A stretch of DNA of 64,000 bases from Aulosira sp. ZfuVER01. GTDB taxonomy: Bacteria; Cyanobacteriota; Cyanobacteriia; Cyanobacteriales; Nostocaceae. This document shows positions 62,459-64,000 of the stretch, piece after piece. Under the pieces are notes generated by a model. It did no database searches, was not told the origin of the DNA, and worked only from the letters and a program-made list of their open reading frames with translations. The translations under genes were made by a program, and so were the position numbers. The stretch is from contig JAVRCV020000004.1 in assembly GCA_034530615.2 (NCBI GenBank), forward strand, positions 64,001 through 128,000, in the 5' to 3' direction. How positions within the stretch are numbered: position 1 is the stretch's first letter; each line of letters starts with the position of its first letter.

Positions 62459-63163
62459 TTAATCACAATCACTTCTTAAATGCAACATAACAGCAGAAGA
62501 GAGTCCATCCCAAAGCGGAGTGTTTACATCAGCTTGTCTCAATGCTTCTGCTGTCCAAGTATTACAATTTCTCAAAATTGAATAACTGCCCACTGCGTCA
62601 TAAAAGCCAGCATTAGCAGTATGACCATTACCAATACGGATGACTTTGCCTTGATTGTCAATCTTAAACGTAGCTTGAATAAATTTTGTTAAGTCTAAAT
62701 AATTATTTTTATTAACTTTAATACATTTAACTTCTAGATAATCTGGTATTAATTGATAACCTTGAACATATATTACAGAAGGAGTTGGTAGAAATAACGC
62801 TCTCAAAGTCGTAGACAATCGTAAATCTGCCACAGAAGGCGTTGACATATAAAAATCGCGCTCGCCCCAACCAAAACTCAAATAATTATAATTCTCTAAA
62901 TTATCTATGCCAATTCTCTCTATAGAGATATACTTATGCCAATCAAAAACAGAATTTTTGGTTGGTACAATAATATTAGAATGAATACCAGTATTAGCAA
63001 TACAAATACTCAAATTACAATTATCTTTTGGCTGATAACTCCATTTCCTAGGGATGAATACACCAATAGCTAATAAGGCTAGACTAGATAAACCCAATCT
63101 AAAAAAATAACGCCGACATAAACAACAGCGAGCAAGTAAATTATTAGTAAATTTCATCACCAT
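62459..63163 (-). CDS. DUF2459/TIGR02117-like protein
   Basis: GIHSNI, SFGWGERDFY, FYDAVGSYS.LRNCNTWTA. Confidence 0.75.
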   Translation of the reverse strand: MVMKFTNNLLARCCLCRRYFFRLGLSSLALLAIGVFIPRKWSYQPKDNCNLSICIANTGIHSNIIVPTKNSVFDWHKYISIERIGIDNLENYNYLSFGWGERDFYMSTPSVADLRLSTTLRALFLPTPSVIYVQGYQLIPDYLEVKCIKVNKNNYLDLTKFIQATFKIDNQGKVIRIGNGHTANAGFYDAVGSYSILRNCNTWTAEALRQADVNTPLWDGLSSAVMLHLRSDCD

Positions 63164-63354
63164 AAGGAGATAAGGGGACAAAGTGAGACAGCGCTGCGGG
63201 AGGTTTAGCCCAACCCAGGCGACTGCGTTCACCGAAGGGAAAACAAATGACTATTGCCTATTGCCTTCTTGACAAATGACAAATGACAAATGACGAACCG
63301 CACTAGTTAACTTTATTTGCGCCGACCTACTTAAAAATATAAAAGGTAATACCC

Positions 63355-64000
63355 ATGAGTCCCCGCGCACTGCTGTTAATAAATCGTCATGCTCGCCAAG
63401 GGCAAAAGAGCCTCACAGAAGCGATTGAATGCCTAAAAACATCAGGCTTTGATTTAATTGAGGAATCTACAGAACATCCTGACCGTCTGAGTGAAACTAT
63501 TCTTCGCTACCGAGATCGAGTTGACTTAGTGATTGTTGGCGGTGGTGACGGAACACTCAATGCTGCGGTAGATGCTTTAGTTGATACGCAATTACCTTTA
63601 GGTATCTTACCGTTAGGAACTGCTAACGATTTAGCCCGGACTTTAGGAATCCCCAATTCCTTAACCGAAGCGTGCAACATTATTGCCACTGGAGAACAGC
63701 GCCGCATTGATTTAGGTTGGGTAAATGGCAAGCATTTTTTCAATGTCGCTAGTATGGGACTGAGTGTAAAAATTACTGAGCGACTAACCAAAGAAGTGAA
63801 GCGCCGTTGGGGAGTATTCGCTTACCTGGCCACAGCATTGCAAGTAGCCTGGGAATCGCGACCATTTAGCGCCGAAATTCGCGTTAACGGTGAAGTGATT
63901 CGCGTGCGAACGGTACAGATTGCTATAGGCAATGGTCGGTATTATGGTGGTGGTATGGCAGTAGCTCACGATGCCACAATCGACGATCAAAGACTCGATC
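63355..64000 (+). CDS. YegS/diacylglycerol kinase family lipid kinase, 5' part (runs off the window)
   Basis: own translation MSPRALLLINRHARQG..GGGDGT..LPLGTANDLARTLG..GNGRYYGGG. Confidence 0.92.
   Translation, partial: MSPRALLLINRHARQGQKSLTEAIECLKTSGFDLIEESTEHPDRLSETILRYRDRVDLVIVGGGDGTLNAAVDALVDTQLPLGILPLGTANDLARTLGIPNSLTEACNIIATGEQRRIDLGWVNGKHFFNVASMGLSVKITERLTKEVKRRWGVFAYLATALQVAWESRPFSAEIRVNGEVIRVRTVQIAIGNGRYYGGGMAVAHDATIDDQRLD

Overview
Chromosomal window of a heterocyst-forming-type (Nostocales-like) cyanobacterium, judged from abundant HIP1 GCGATCGC octamers, 7-bp STRR tracts, psbO, rubA-ycf48-psbEFLJ, psaI and ndhCKJ. Housekeeping genes include ispG (3' part), a C-terminal protease, hflX, grxC-gshB, ftsQ-ftsZ, sigF, a beta carbonic anhydrase, ygfZ, cobJ and a lipid kinase (5' part). 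Most notable: (1) three copies of a two-gene module pairing a ~430-aa P-loop ATPase with a partner that has a shared ~170-aa N-terminal domain and a variable repeat C-terminus (TPR in a tandem pair at 32.8-39.6 kb; STAND NTPase, TM helix and 14 WD40 repeats at 13.1-19.8 kb), one TPR gene having near-identical 126-bp repeats that vary at a few fixed codons; (2) the flv4-sll0218-like-flv2 cassette lying inside the cmpABCD bicarbonate transporter operon; (3) an apparent ATA start codon for hflX; (4) a PlsY-like membrane domain fused to an RPH-type dikinase; (5) nested MITEs and short dispersed repeats upstream of cmpA and a 12 x 21-bp array between cmpC and cmpD. No rRNA, tRNA, CRISPR array or intact transposase was seen. 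All calls are from reading motifs by eye; no searches were run.
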